A stretch of 64,000 nt of DNA from Bacteroidia bacterium (GCA_025057135.1 JANWXY010000043.1:99-64098), one strand, 5' to 3'. Shown: positions 47,473-55,394, numbered from the stretch's first letter. A program made the numbers and translations. Notes: generated by a model not told the origin, from the letters alone.

Positions 47473-47480
47473 CAAAGATA
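47473..47480 (-). promoter_or_regulatory. -7 box TATCTTTG, 6 nt upstream of GTG 47466 (T9SS cargo operon)
   Basis: It matches exactly on the minus strand. The ORF-track TTG start is the last three bases of this box. Confidence 0.45.
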
Positions 47481-47541
47481 TTTTCTCATGAGTGAAGTAG
47501 GTGTAAAGACTACCTTGTGCAAGTATTTGGGAGATTTTCTA

Positions 47542-47549
47542 TACCTTTG
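47542..47549 (+). promoter_or_regulatory. -7 box TACCTTTG, 16 nt upstream of the mature tRNA-Arg 5' end
   Basis: It matches exactly. The spacing leaves a short leader for RNase P processing. Confidence 0.5.
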
Positions 47550-47565
47550 CACAGCTACGACTTGA

Positions 47566-47640
47566 GCACCCGTAGCTCAATCTGGATAGAGCACCAGACT
47601 ACGGATCTGGCGGTTGGGGGTTCGAATCCTCCCGGGTGCG
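47566..47640 (+). tRNA. tRNA-Arg (anticodon ACG)
   Basis: I folded the cloverleaf by hand. The acceptor stem is GCACCCG/CGGGTGC, the D stem GCTC/GAGC and the anticodon stem CCAGA/TCTGG. The anticodon loop is CTACGGA and the T arm is GGGGG-TTCGAAT-CCTCC. CCA is not encoded. Confidence 0.9.
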
Positions 47641-47645
47641 CGCAT

Positions 47646-50600
47646 CTACCGCTGAGGAGTTTCTCCTTGGGTAGTCTGAGGGTTTCTTTTAGAAAAGAAT
47701 ATGGGCAAAACCCATAGGTTAAAAGCTGCGCCTATCAGTAGCCCCCCGATGATGGTTGTGGCAAAAGGACGTTGAACTTCGGCGCCAGGCTGCACAGAAA
47801 ATGCCATCGGCAGAAGTCCCGCAACAGCTATCAAAGTGGTCGCCAATATGGGACGAGTGCGCTCAGCCACGGCATACCTCATACGGCGAAGGGCAGACCA
47901 CGTCTCAGGTAGAGCATAAAATCTATTGAGGAGTACCGTGCCATTGAGAGTCGCCAGACCGAAAGCCCCAATAAGCCCTATCGCTGCCGATAAACTGAAA
48001 GGCATTCCCCGTAGGACTAGGGAGAGCATACCTCCAGCTGGTGCCGCTAACGCTACAACTAAGATTATCCCTATGGCTCGCAAGTGTGGAATTGTCAGAT
48101 ACATAAGAAGGGCAATCAGACCGACTGTGAGCGGGATGAGCCAGAAAAGGCGCTGTTGAGCTGAGACATAGTTTTCCCATGTTCCCCCGAAACGCACCCT
48201 GTATCCAGTGGGGAGTGAGATACTGTGTAGGAACTTTTGAATATCCTGTACTACGGAAATGGCCCCTCGCCCCCGCACGTTTATGCCTATTTGATAGGTG
48301 CGTTCGCCTTCGGCATGGGGTATTTCGTTGTATGAAGGCACTATTTGTATCTCCGCTATACGCTCTAAGGCAATCCATTCTCTCTTTCGAGTCGGTATAG
48401 GAAGCATGCGTAAATCTTCTGGAAGCTTTTCAGGAGCCAGTCTAAGGGCAGTAGCAAAGCGCCAGCCTTCTACCGTCTGTACCATGCCCAAGGGGATTCC
48501 AGCTTTGTATGCCTGTACCCAACGCAGCGCTTCTGAAAGGTCCACACCGTAGAAGGCTAAGGCTTCCGATTTCCACCGTACCACGATCTGCTGCGAGCCA
48601 AAAAATAGCGGGAGCGAAAGGTCTGCTATGCCAGGTATTTTCTCACAGAAGCCGGCTATCACTTCTCCCCAGCGTCGCAGCGTGTCTAGGTTAGGACCGA
48701 CCAGCCGTAGCACAATATCCGTGCGTGCTCCGGCTAAGAGCTCATTGAATCGCATCTGAATAGGCTGCTGCACCCCGATAAAAATGCCAGGGAAATGAGC
48801 CTGCACTAAGGCCTTCAAACTATCTGCTAACTCTGCGCGGGAGAGTGGAGAGTGGGGGTTTATGTCCAAGATAATATCGGCGCTTTCCACAAACATGGGG
48901 TCCATGGGGATTTCCGAGGTACCTATTTTAGCCACAGCATCCGAAAAAGCCCCCGGGAGCTGAGTTAGAAGCAATTTGTGAATAGCGCTGCAATACTTTA
49001 TCGTCTGCTGCAAAGAACTGCCTAAAGGTAGACGTGTTTCTACAGCAAAGGCCCCTTCGTCCAACTCTGGCAGAAATATCGTCTCAGACAAACGAAACGC
49101 TATGGCCCCCCCACCAAATAGAAGTATCCATGCCGCTATTGCCACATACGGTCGCCGCAGACTATGTCTAAAAGCAAAGCTCGTGAGCTTCTGCAAATAT
49201 GAGTTTAGCCTTTCACTGGGAAGCCAGTGGGTAGAAGTCAAGACACGCGCAGAGGCCCATGGCACAAACGTGAGAGACAAAATCAGCGCACCCACCAGCG
49301 CAAATAGCATCGTCCATACCATGGGGCGAAACATTTTTCCCTCAATGCCTGTCAGCAAGAGAAGTGGCACATATACAGATACCACGACCAGCTCCCCGAA
49401 AAGGCTCGCCTTACGAATGTGAATTGCGCCCTCTTCCGCAGCAGTGATTCGGTCTTTGTAGTGTGCCAACCGAACTATTACCGCTTCCACGAGAATCACC
49501 GCTCCATCTACTATGAGTCCAAAGTCTATCGCCCCTAAACTCATGAGATTTGCTGAGAGCCCCGTTAGGCTCATTAGGCCCAGAGCAAACAGCATGGATA
49601 GAGGAATGACTAAGCCAACTAAAAGCCCCGCCCGCAGACTCCCCAGCAAAATCGTGAGTAGTCCAATCACAATGACCGCAGCTTTCGTGAGATTGGATAG
49701 CACTGTACGCAAGAGCCGAGAAATGAGTGCTTCGCGATCTAAGAATGGCTTTATTCGGATGCCGTGAGGAAGGTTTTTTTCTAACTCTGCGATACTCAGC
49801 TTGAGGCGGCGGACGACCTCTGCGGTATTCTCTCCCTTACGAATGAGGACAATCCCACCAACGACCTCACCAAGGGTATCTTGAATGAGGGCGCCATAAC
49901 GAGGCAAATGTCCCTGTCGCACGGCACCTACGTCTATCAGTCGGATAGGCTGGTCTCCATATTGACCGACCACCACTTGTTCAATATCTGCCCCAGAACG
50001 CCAAACCCCTTCGGCTCGTAAGGCGATAGTGCTTCCTCCTCGTTCAATGTAGCCGATTCCGAGGAGGTGATTAGCTGTGAGCAAGGCGTTTTCTACTTCG
50101 GTGAGAGAAAGCCCATAGCGCTGCAGGGCCTCAGGATTGAGATGGATTTCCCACCGCTTCACATACCCTCCGAAGCTGCTAATATCGGCGACCCCAGGTG
50201 TCTCTAAAAGAGCTCTCCTGACTATCCAGTCCTGGATTGTGCGCAGTTCGGCGAGAGATACCGGTTGGGCTGGTTGGAGGATGTACTGATAAGCTTCGCT
50301 AAGTCCCGTGCTCAGAGGCCCAAGTTCGGGTTGGACGCCGGGGGGGAGCTGGTCCTTTATGGTCAAAAGCTTCTCTATAATCTGAGCACGAGCTTGATAA
50401 ATATCTACGCCCTCCTCAAAAACTATCGTGATGAGGGAAAGACCCATGCGTGAGATAGAGCGCCATTCTATGCGTTTAGGTATAGTGGCCAAAGCTGATT
50501 CTATGGGGCGAGTAATCATTGCCTCCACTTCTGAGGCTGAATAGCCAGGCGCATAGGTGTAGATTTGAACTTGATTGTTTGTGATGTCAGGAATGGCGTC

Positions 50601-50708
50601 AATCTGAATGTTCAACAATCCATATGCGCCCAAGACAAGAAAAACTATTAGTATGCTTACCGAAAATATCGTGGATCGGATGCTGAGCCTCAGGAGGCTT
50701 GCCCACAT
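47646..50708 (-). CDS. RND efflux permease, CzcA/CusA (heavy-metal efflux) family
   Basis: The 1020-aa protein has 12-TM RND architecture. Its N-terminal IDAIPDITNNQVQIYT is typical of the HME-RND family. Confidence 0.9.
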   Translation of the reverse strand: MWASLLRLSIRSTIFSVSILIVFLVLGAYGLLNIQIDAIPDITNNQVQIYTYAPGYSASEVEAMITRPIESALATIPKRIEWRSISRMGLSLITIVFEEGVDIYQARAQIIEKLLTIKDQLPPGVQPELGPLSTGLSEAYQYILQPAQPVSLAELRTIQDWIVRRALLETPGVADISSFGGYVKRWEIHLNPEALQRYGLSLTEVENALLTANHLLGIGYIERGGSTIALRAEGVWRSGADIEQVVVGQYGDQPIRLIDVGAVRQGHLPRYGALIQDTLGEVVGGIVLIRKGENTAEVVRRLKLSIAELEKNLPHGIRIKPFLDREALISRLLRTVLSNLTKAAVIVIGLLTILLGSLRAGLLVGLVIPLSMLFALGLMSLTGLSANLMSLGAIDFGLIVDGAVILVEAVIVRLAHYKDRITAAEEGAIHIRKASLFGELVVVSVYVPLLLLTGIEGKMFRPMVWTMLFALVGALILSLTFVPWASARVLTSTHWLPSERLNSYLQKLTSFAFRHSLRRPYVAIAAWILLFGGGAIAFRLSETIFLPELDEGAFAVETRLPLGSSLQQTIKYCSAIHKLLLTQLPGAFSDAVAKIGTSEIPMDPMFVESADIILDINPHSPLSRAELADSLKALVQAHFPGIFIGVQQPIQMRFNELLAGARTDIVLRLVGPNLDTLRRWGEVIAGFCEKIPGIADLSLPLFFGSQQIVVRWKSEALAFYGVDLSEALRWVQAYKAGIPLGMVQTVEGWRFATALRLAPEKLPEDLRMLPIPTRKREWIALERIAEIQIVPSYNEIPHAEGERTYQIGINVRGRGAISVVQDIQKFLHSISLPTGYRVRFGGTWENYVSAQQRLFWLIPLTVGLIALLMYLTIPHLRAIGIILVVALAAPAGGMLSLVLRGMPFSLSAAIGLIGAFGLATLNGTVLLNRFYALPETWSALRRMRYAVAERTRPILATTLIAVAGLLPMAFSVQPGAEVQRPFATTIIGGLLIGAAFNLWVLPIFFSKRNPQTTQGETPQR

Positions 50709-50714
50709 CGCCTA

Positions 50715-50722
50715 CAAAGTAA
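50715..50722 (-). promoter_or_regulatory. Box-like TTACTTTG, 6 nt upstream of RND pump ATG
   Basis: It deviates from TAnnTTTG at the first two positions. It forms a palindrome with the adjacent plus-strand box. Confidence 0.3.
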
Positions 50723-50730
50723 TACCTTTG
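50723..50730 (+). promoter_or_regulatory. -7 box TACCTTTG, 4 nt upstream of the FHA operon ATG
   Basis: It matches exactly, with spacer CAAT. Confidence 0.55.
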
Positions 50731-50734
50731 CAAT

Positions 50735-51325
50735 ATGAGTAGTGGTTTTGATCCTCAGAAAACTCAGCCGCTAAATCCCGAGCAATCTCCCCCGGACCCT
50801 AACTCTCAACGCACCCAGTTTATACCTCCAAACTATTCTCCTCCTAATCCGGACTTGAATCGGACCCAACATTACGCGCCGCATCCACCTATTTCGGAAG
50901 GGCAGGGATTTGATCCCAAACGCACCCAAGTCGTAGGCACAGGCGGGGGAGCTAACTTCGATCCATTACGAACGCAGATTTATCAGGGGCCAGGAGTTAC
51001 CCCTCAAATGCGCCCTGTTCCTCAAAATCGTAAAATAGTCGGCTGGCTGATAAGCTTTACCATCCATCCCAATGGCGTTGACTTCCGCCTATATGAGGGG
51101 CGCAATACCATCGGCTCTGATCCTAAGTGTGATATTACCCTCAATGACCCAGGCGCCTCTGGACATCATATGACCATTCTATACCGAGCGGGACAGTTTC
51201 TATTTAGGGATGAACTGAGCACCAATGGTACCTTCATCAATGGAGAGATGCTGAACGAAGGTAAGCTCAACGATGGCGATATTATTCGGATTGGGAAGAC
51301 AGAACTCCGATTCCGTACCGTATGA
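50735..51325 (+). CDS. FHA-domain protein with N-terminal five-fold [KR]-T-Q repeat region
   Basis: The C-terminal FHA motifs are NTIGSDP.., SGHH and STNGTFINGE. The N-terminal 81 aa is Pro-rich and contains KTQ or RTQ at T10, T27, T44, T64 and T80. Confidence 0.85.
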   Translation: MSSGFDPQKTQPLNPEQSPPDPNSQRTQFIPPNYSPPNPDLNRTQHYAPHPPISEGQGFDPKRTQVVGTGGGANFDPLRTQIYQGPGVTPQMRPVPQNRKIVGWLISFTIHPNGVDFRLYEGRNTIGSDPKCDITLNDPGASGHHMTILYRAGQFLFRDELSTNGTFINGEMLNEGKLNDGDIIRIGKTELRFRTV

Positions 51326-52509
51326 ATAGGTTTCATCTATACTGGCTTATGCCCGTTTTGTTTGCCCAGCGGGCAGACCTGACTATATTGGTAGAAACGA
51401 GCCAGCTGACGTGTGGAAAACCCCTTGAGATCAGTCGTAAAGCCTTGAAGGCCTTGTGCGATAAATCCTCTGGCAGCATAGCTCTGGGCACTTTCTCGCG
51501 TCTGTACGGCGGGCAAGCAGTAGTATGGCGCACGACCCCTGTACAGCCGCTGAATGATGCCGAAGGGTGCTCCCAGCTTTTCAATCAGGTGCGTCCAATC
51601 TGCGACTCTGTGTATCAGGTCACCCTAATCCAAGCCATAGAAGAGGCTATCTCAAAGGGATATAGCTCAGATATACTGGTATTAGCTTCGGGCAAAGAAA
51701 CGGGGCGCGGCATCTCAGCCGGTGAACTGCGGAACTACGCTAAAAAGAAAGGAGTGAAGCTCTACCTCGCCTCCATAGGCTGGCTCATGAATGATGAGAG
51801 GACGCAGAGTTTCTTCAAACAATTAGCAGGCACATTAGAAGGTGAAACGGGCACCCTGATTATCATAGACCCCTCATCGCCTGATGCCGCAGAACGGCTC
51901 AGAGGCTTTATCTTCAAAGTATGGGAAAATAGCGGCAAAGCTCCCAGGTCGGAATCTGCCGCCATGGATGGAGGCAATCCATCTGGTACTGCTACGGGAG
52001 GAAGTAATCCTAAGATTGACTTGGAAAAGCAGGATGGGTCTGGCATGCCTAAATGGATATGGATCGCTCTTGCAGCAGGAGGGGGAGTGTTGTTGTTAGT
52101 CCTACTCATTCTATTGCTGCGTCCGAAGTCTGCGCCGCCTCCGCCTGTGAATGTTTCTCCCGCTCCACCGTCTACAAGTACATTACCCCCCCCGCAGCCG
52201 GTCGCCCCACCTGCGCCTACATTACGCCGACTTATTGTTTATTACCCGCACACCAGACAGGAGGTCAATTTATCACCCTCTACAGCGCCTATATCCATCG
52301 GGCGAGCACCCGACAATACTATCGTTATCGCTGACAATACGGTTTCTTCTCGTCATGCTCGGCTTTTTCTGCAAGGCACTCAGTGGTATATCCAAGACTT
52401 AGGCAGTACAAACGGCACCTTCGTAAATGAGCAGCGAGTAAGTCAGCATCCCGTGCGTATAGGTGATAAGATTCGTTTAGGGGCTATCGTAGTCCAAATC
52501 GCCGGTTGA
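51322..52509 (+). CDS. Bitopic membrane protein: signal peptide, vWA-like extracytoplasmic domain (tentative), TM helix, Pro-rich linker, cytoplasmic FHA domain
   Basis: The FHA motifs are ISIGRAPDN.., SSRHA and STNGTFVNEQ. The TM helix is WIWIALAAGGGVLLLVLLILLL. LTILVETSQLT and LVLASGKETG resemble a degenerate MIDAS motif. It overlaps the upstream gene by ATGA. Confidence 0.75.
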   Translation: MNRFHLYWLMPVLFAQRADLTILVETSQLTCGKPLEISRKALKALCDKSSGSIALGTFSRLYGGQAVVWRTTPVQPLNDAEGCSQLFNQVRPICDSVYQVTLIQAIEEAISKGYSSDILVLASGKETGRGISAGELRNYAKKKGVKLYLASIGWLMNDERTQSFFKQLAGTLEGETGTLIIIDPSSPDAAERLRGFIFKVWENSGKAPRSESAAMDGGNPSGTATGGSNPKIDLEKQDGSGMPKWIWIALAAGGGVLLLVLLILLLRPKSAPPPPVNVSPAPPSTSTLPPPQPVAPPAPTLRRLIVYYPHTRQEVNLSPSTAPISIGRAPDNTIVIADNTVSSRHARLFLQGTQWYIQDLGSTNGTFVNEQRVSQHPVRIGDKIRLGAIVVQIAG

Positions 52510-53549
52510 TGAGTCATGCCCCTTTTGTATGGGCAGCGGAAACTCATGTAGGCTTACACCGCAGCCATAATGAGGATAGGTACGATGTTTTCTCTTGTCC
52601 TCTTGGAACCGTATTTATTGTCTGTGACGGGATGGGCGGGCATGCCGCCGGTGATGTCGCTGCTACCATAGCTATCCAGAAGGTTAAAGAAATCCTTGAA
52701 ACAGCAACTTCCGACTTTCCTATCTCCTACTGGCTTCGTAGAGCCCTTTTTCACGCACATTACGGCATCCAAATGTATGCTCAGCAGCAATATGGAGTGG
52801 GAGGCATGGGTACTACGGCTGTGGTGCTCCTGATGGCGCCAAGCGGTGAAGCCTGGTGGGCTCATACGGGCGACTCACGGCTTTATCTCCTTCGTGAGAA
52901 AGTTCTCCATAGGCTGACACACGACCATAGCTATGTTTCTCTCTTAGTGGATTCTGGTTATATTACACCAGAAGCGGCTTTCGGTCATCCCCAGAGTAAT
53001 CAGTTACTTTTTACTCTGGGCTCTTCTTCCTATGCCGTCGTGGACGCGAGTACATATCCATTCCGTGTGAGGAAGGGAGATATTTTCCTGCTATGTTCTG
53101 ATGGTGTAAGCGGTCTCATCCCTGATAGCCACATTGCGGAAAAGTTAGAAGCAAAAGCTTCACTGGTTGATCGCACTAAGGCGCTCATACACTCTGCCCT
53201 GCAAGCAGGAGGGTATGATAACGCCACAGCCCTAACAGTGGAAATAACCTCTGAGCCTCAAAACTCGTCCTCCTCTCCGAAGCATAGTGGAAAAGCTATT
53301 TGGGTTACTATTGCTGTGAGTGTCGTAGCTCTGCTTATCGGTTTTCTACTTGGACAGGTCGTATCGCTGACCGATGATAAGCCCCCCCATAATCAAAGTG
53401 GGCAAAGCGGGCTTCGACGAGACACCGCATTACCATCCGCCATGACTAAAAAGGACTCACTGAGTGGTTCCACTGGCCATAAGCCCCTTTCTGATACGGT
53501 CAGCCACTCACATTCGCCCACCACCGCTAATAAAGCTCGGAAGCCCTAA
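52509..53549 (+). CDS. PP2C-family Ser/Thr protein phosphatase with C-terminal membrane anchor
   Basis: It has the motifs HVGLHRSHNEDR, CDGMGGHAAGDVA, CSDGV and GGYDNATAL. A TM segment (IWVTIAVSVVALLIGFLLG) and a Ser/Thr/His-rich tail follow. It overlaps the upstream stop by TGATG. Confidence 0.9.
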   Translation: MSHAPFVWAAETHVGLHRSHNEDRYDVFSCPLGTVFIVCDGMGGHAAGDVAATIAIQKVKEILETATSDFPISYWLRRALFHAHYGIQMYAQQQYGVGGMGTTAVVLLMAPSGEAWWAHTGDSRLYLLREKVLHRLTHDHSYVSLLVDSGYITPEAAFGHPQSNQLLFTLGSSSYAVVDASTYPFRVRKGDIFLLCSDGVSGLIPDSHIAEKLEAKASLVDRTKALIHSALQAGGYDNATALTVEITSEPQNSSSSPKHSGKAIWVTIAVSVVALLIGFLLGQVVSLTDDKPPHNQSGQSGLRRDTALPSAMTKKDSLSGSTGHKPLSDTVSHSHSPTTANKARKP

Positions 53550-53633
53550 CATCAGTCTCTCATAGCAAAATGGGTAGTAAGCTGTGAGGCTTCACAATAA
53601 GGTCACGAAGTTTCTTATCCTGACCAAAATGAA

Positions 53634-53668
53634 AAGTGGAGCAGCATTTGATTTATGCTGCTCCACTT
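53634..53668. terminator. Bidirectional terminator between the PP2C gene (+) and the PKD/T9SS gene (-)
   Basis: It is a perfect 14-bp inverted repeat (AAGTGGAGCAGCAT / ATGCTGCTCCACTT) with a 7-nt loop. The - strand reading is followed by TTTTCATTTT. Confidence 0.75.
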
Positions 53669-53691
53669 CTGGCGAGCCTCTATGAGACCCT

Positions 53692-55221
53692 TTATCGGAT
53701 GACTATTCGCTGATTGTGCATGAAATCTTCACCCTGAGCTTGGAGAATGTATGTGCCAGCAGACACATCTAACGGCAAGCTAAATTCTCGTCCACCCTCT
53801 ACGGAATAGCTTCGAATGACCCGCCCGACCAAGTCACATATTCTTAGCGTGAGGCTTCCGCTTTTTTCAACATACACTGTCAAAAGGTTGCCAGACTCAG
53901 ATACGTAAGCGGAAAACCCACCGCCAAGCGTCCCTGAGAGAGAAGTAGGGCGCGATACATCCAGAACCACAGATATCGCAGAATCACATGCGCTGGCGCC
54001 CGAAGGAGCATTCGTAAGTTTCAAGGAGAGGGTGTAGGTGCCAGGGGTAAGTGTGCGAGTAAGACTTGCAGCATTTCCAACGACATTCCCATTTATTCGC
54101 CATTCGTATCTCAGCAGGGAGTCAGCTAAACTTCCCCCATCTCGGGCAGAAAAGGTTCGTGTCCCCTCAGGTATGCGAATAGTATCGCCTCTACCGTAAT
54201 CGGTACCGCTATATCGCACCCTTGGGTCAGGATATGCAGTCAGACGCACATTATAGGTGACGACGGCCGAAGGCGCAGAAGTATCATCACACGCCGAAAT
54301 CGTTGGATAGACCGAGTTTGCATATATCCCTCCTCCTATGAGGCGAACAGTATAGTCTATGTAGCCTCTATTGGGATTGAATGCTGATGTAGATAGAGAG
54401 AAGCTGCCGCGGATGGTATCTTCTGTGGTCATTCCCGTACCCCTTCCAGAATACACTCCATCTATGAATACCGTATCTATGGTCCAGTAGGCTCGGGGGG
54501 TACGTCCGTCATTGGCTGTGTCCCTTAGAGCCACGAGGTAGTCTATCAAACTGCCCATGCAAGCCTGTGGCAAAGAAACCTGAGCACTGACTGCAAGAGG
54601 AGGGGGAGTGGGACGAATCTTTTGAATAGCTTTTATTTCCAGATAAACGCTATCCACGGTCATCCCTCCCGTGTTCTGATGTGTGTAGATGAAATACAGG
54701 GTATCTCCCGCCGTTAGACGAAGCGTGTCATATAGTGGATATCCATACCCATTCCCCGTACCTGCACGACGAAGCAGACTCTGAGCTCCACCAGTGATGT
54801 ACGCAGATCCTGGCCAAATCCAGTTGGCTGGACGGAATATCGTCCACAGGAACATGTAATCGTCATAGCTTTCTTGCAGAAGCTCGAGAGTGTCATCAGA
54901 GGTAGCATTGATGACGAAAAGTTTATTTCCCATTGGTATGCCTCCATAGTCGCTGGGGCAGAAATGTACTTCCATGCTGTCTAAACATTCTGGCAGAATG
55001 AGCCGCCAAACTACATCTGGTCCAGTACTGAGATTGTGGTCGTTGATCCTTTGACGAGTGGAGTCGTAGGTGTGCCACTGCCACACATACAGATTACCTG
55101 CCGTGTCAGGAGCTGTTGAGAATAAAGGTACCGGATATGCGGTATTGATATTCTCTCCGTTCTGTCCATAGGCGAGTATGCAGAGGCTCAAGCCCATGGT
55201 AGTTCTGAGTAAGTTTTTCAT
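53692..55221 (-). CDS. Secreted T9SS cargo protein with PKD/Ig-like module and C-terminal sorting domain
   Basis: It has a signal peptide. A PKD-like segment (YEWRINGNVVGNAASLTRTLTPGTYTLSLKLTN) is present. The C-terminal segment is LTLRICDLVGRVI..SAGTYILQA..RIVIR. Confidence 0.7.
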   Translation of the reverse strand: MKNLLRTTMGLSLCILAYGQNGENINTAYPVPLFSTAPDTAGNLYVWQWHTYDSTRQRINDHNLSTGPDVVWRLILPECLDSMEVHFCPSDYGGIPMGNKLFVINATSDDTLELLQESYDDYMFLWTIFRPANWIWPGSAYITGGAQSLLRRAGTGNGYGYPLYDTLRLTAGDTLYFIYTHQNTGGMTVDSVYLEIKAIQKIRPTPPPLAVSAQVSLPQACMGSLIDYLVALRDTANDGRTPRAYWTIDTVFIDGVYSGRGTGMTTEDTIRGSFSLSTSAFNPNRGYIDYTVRLIGGGIYANSVYPTISACDDTSAPSAVVTYNVRLTAYPDPRVRYSGTDYGRGDTIRIPEGTRTFSARDGGSLADSLLRYEWRINGNVVGNAASLTRTLTPGTYTLSLKLTNAPSGASACDSAISVVLDVSRPTSLSGTLGGGFSAYVSESGNLLTVYVEKSGSLTLRICDLVGRVIRSYSVEGGREFSLPLDVSAGTYILQAQGEDFMHNQRIVIR

Positions 55222-55228
55222 AGTACGA

Positions 55229-55236
55229 CGAAGGTA
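55229..55236 (-). promoter_or_regulatory. Variant -7 box TACCTTCG, 7 nt upstream of PKD/T9SS gene ATG
   Basis: It is a TAnnTTCG variant on the minus strand. Confidence 0.35.
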
Positions 55237-55394
55237 CGCTGTATACTCTCAGTTTGGTCAATACCTGCGGAGAGTTTGAATCTCCATGTTTTGCCAAGCG
55301 CCTATGGAGCATGGGAAGAGATAGGCCTACCTAAGCGTATAAGCCCATCCCATAGCCCACCCGCACAAATGTATATCGCTGGCGTGCGTCCGCT

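Noticed and set aside
47517-47717. 66-aa plus-strand ORF.
   Set aside because: It is entirely explained by the tRNA-Arg gene and by the antisense of the RND gene's 3' end.
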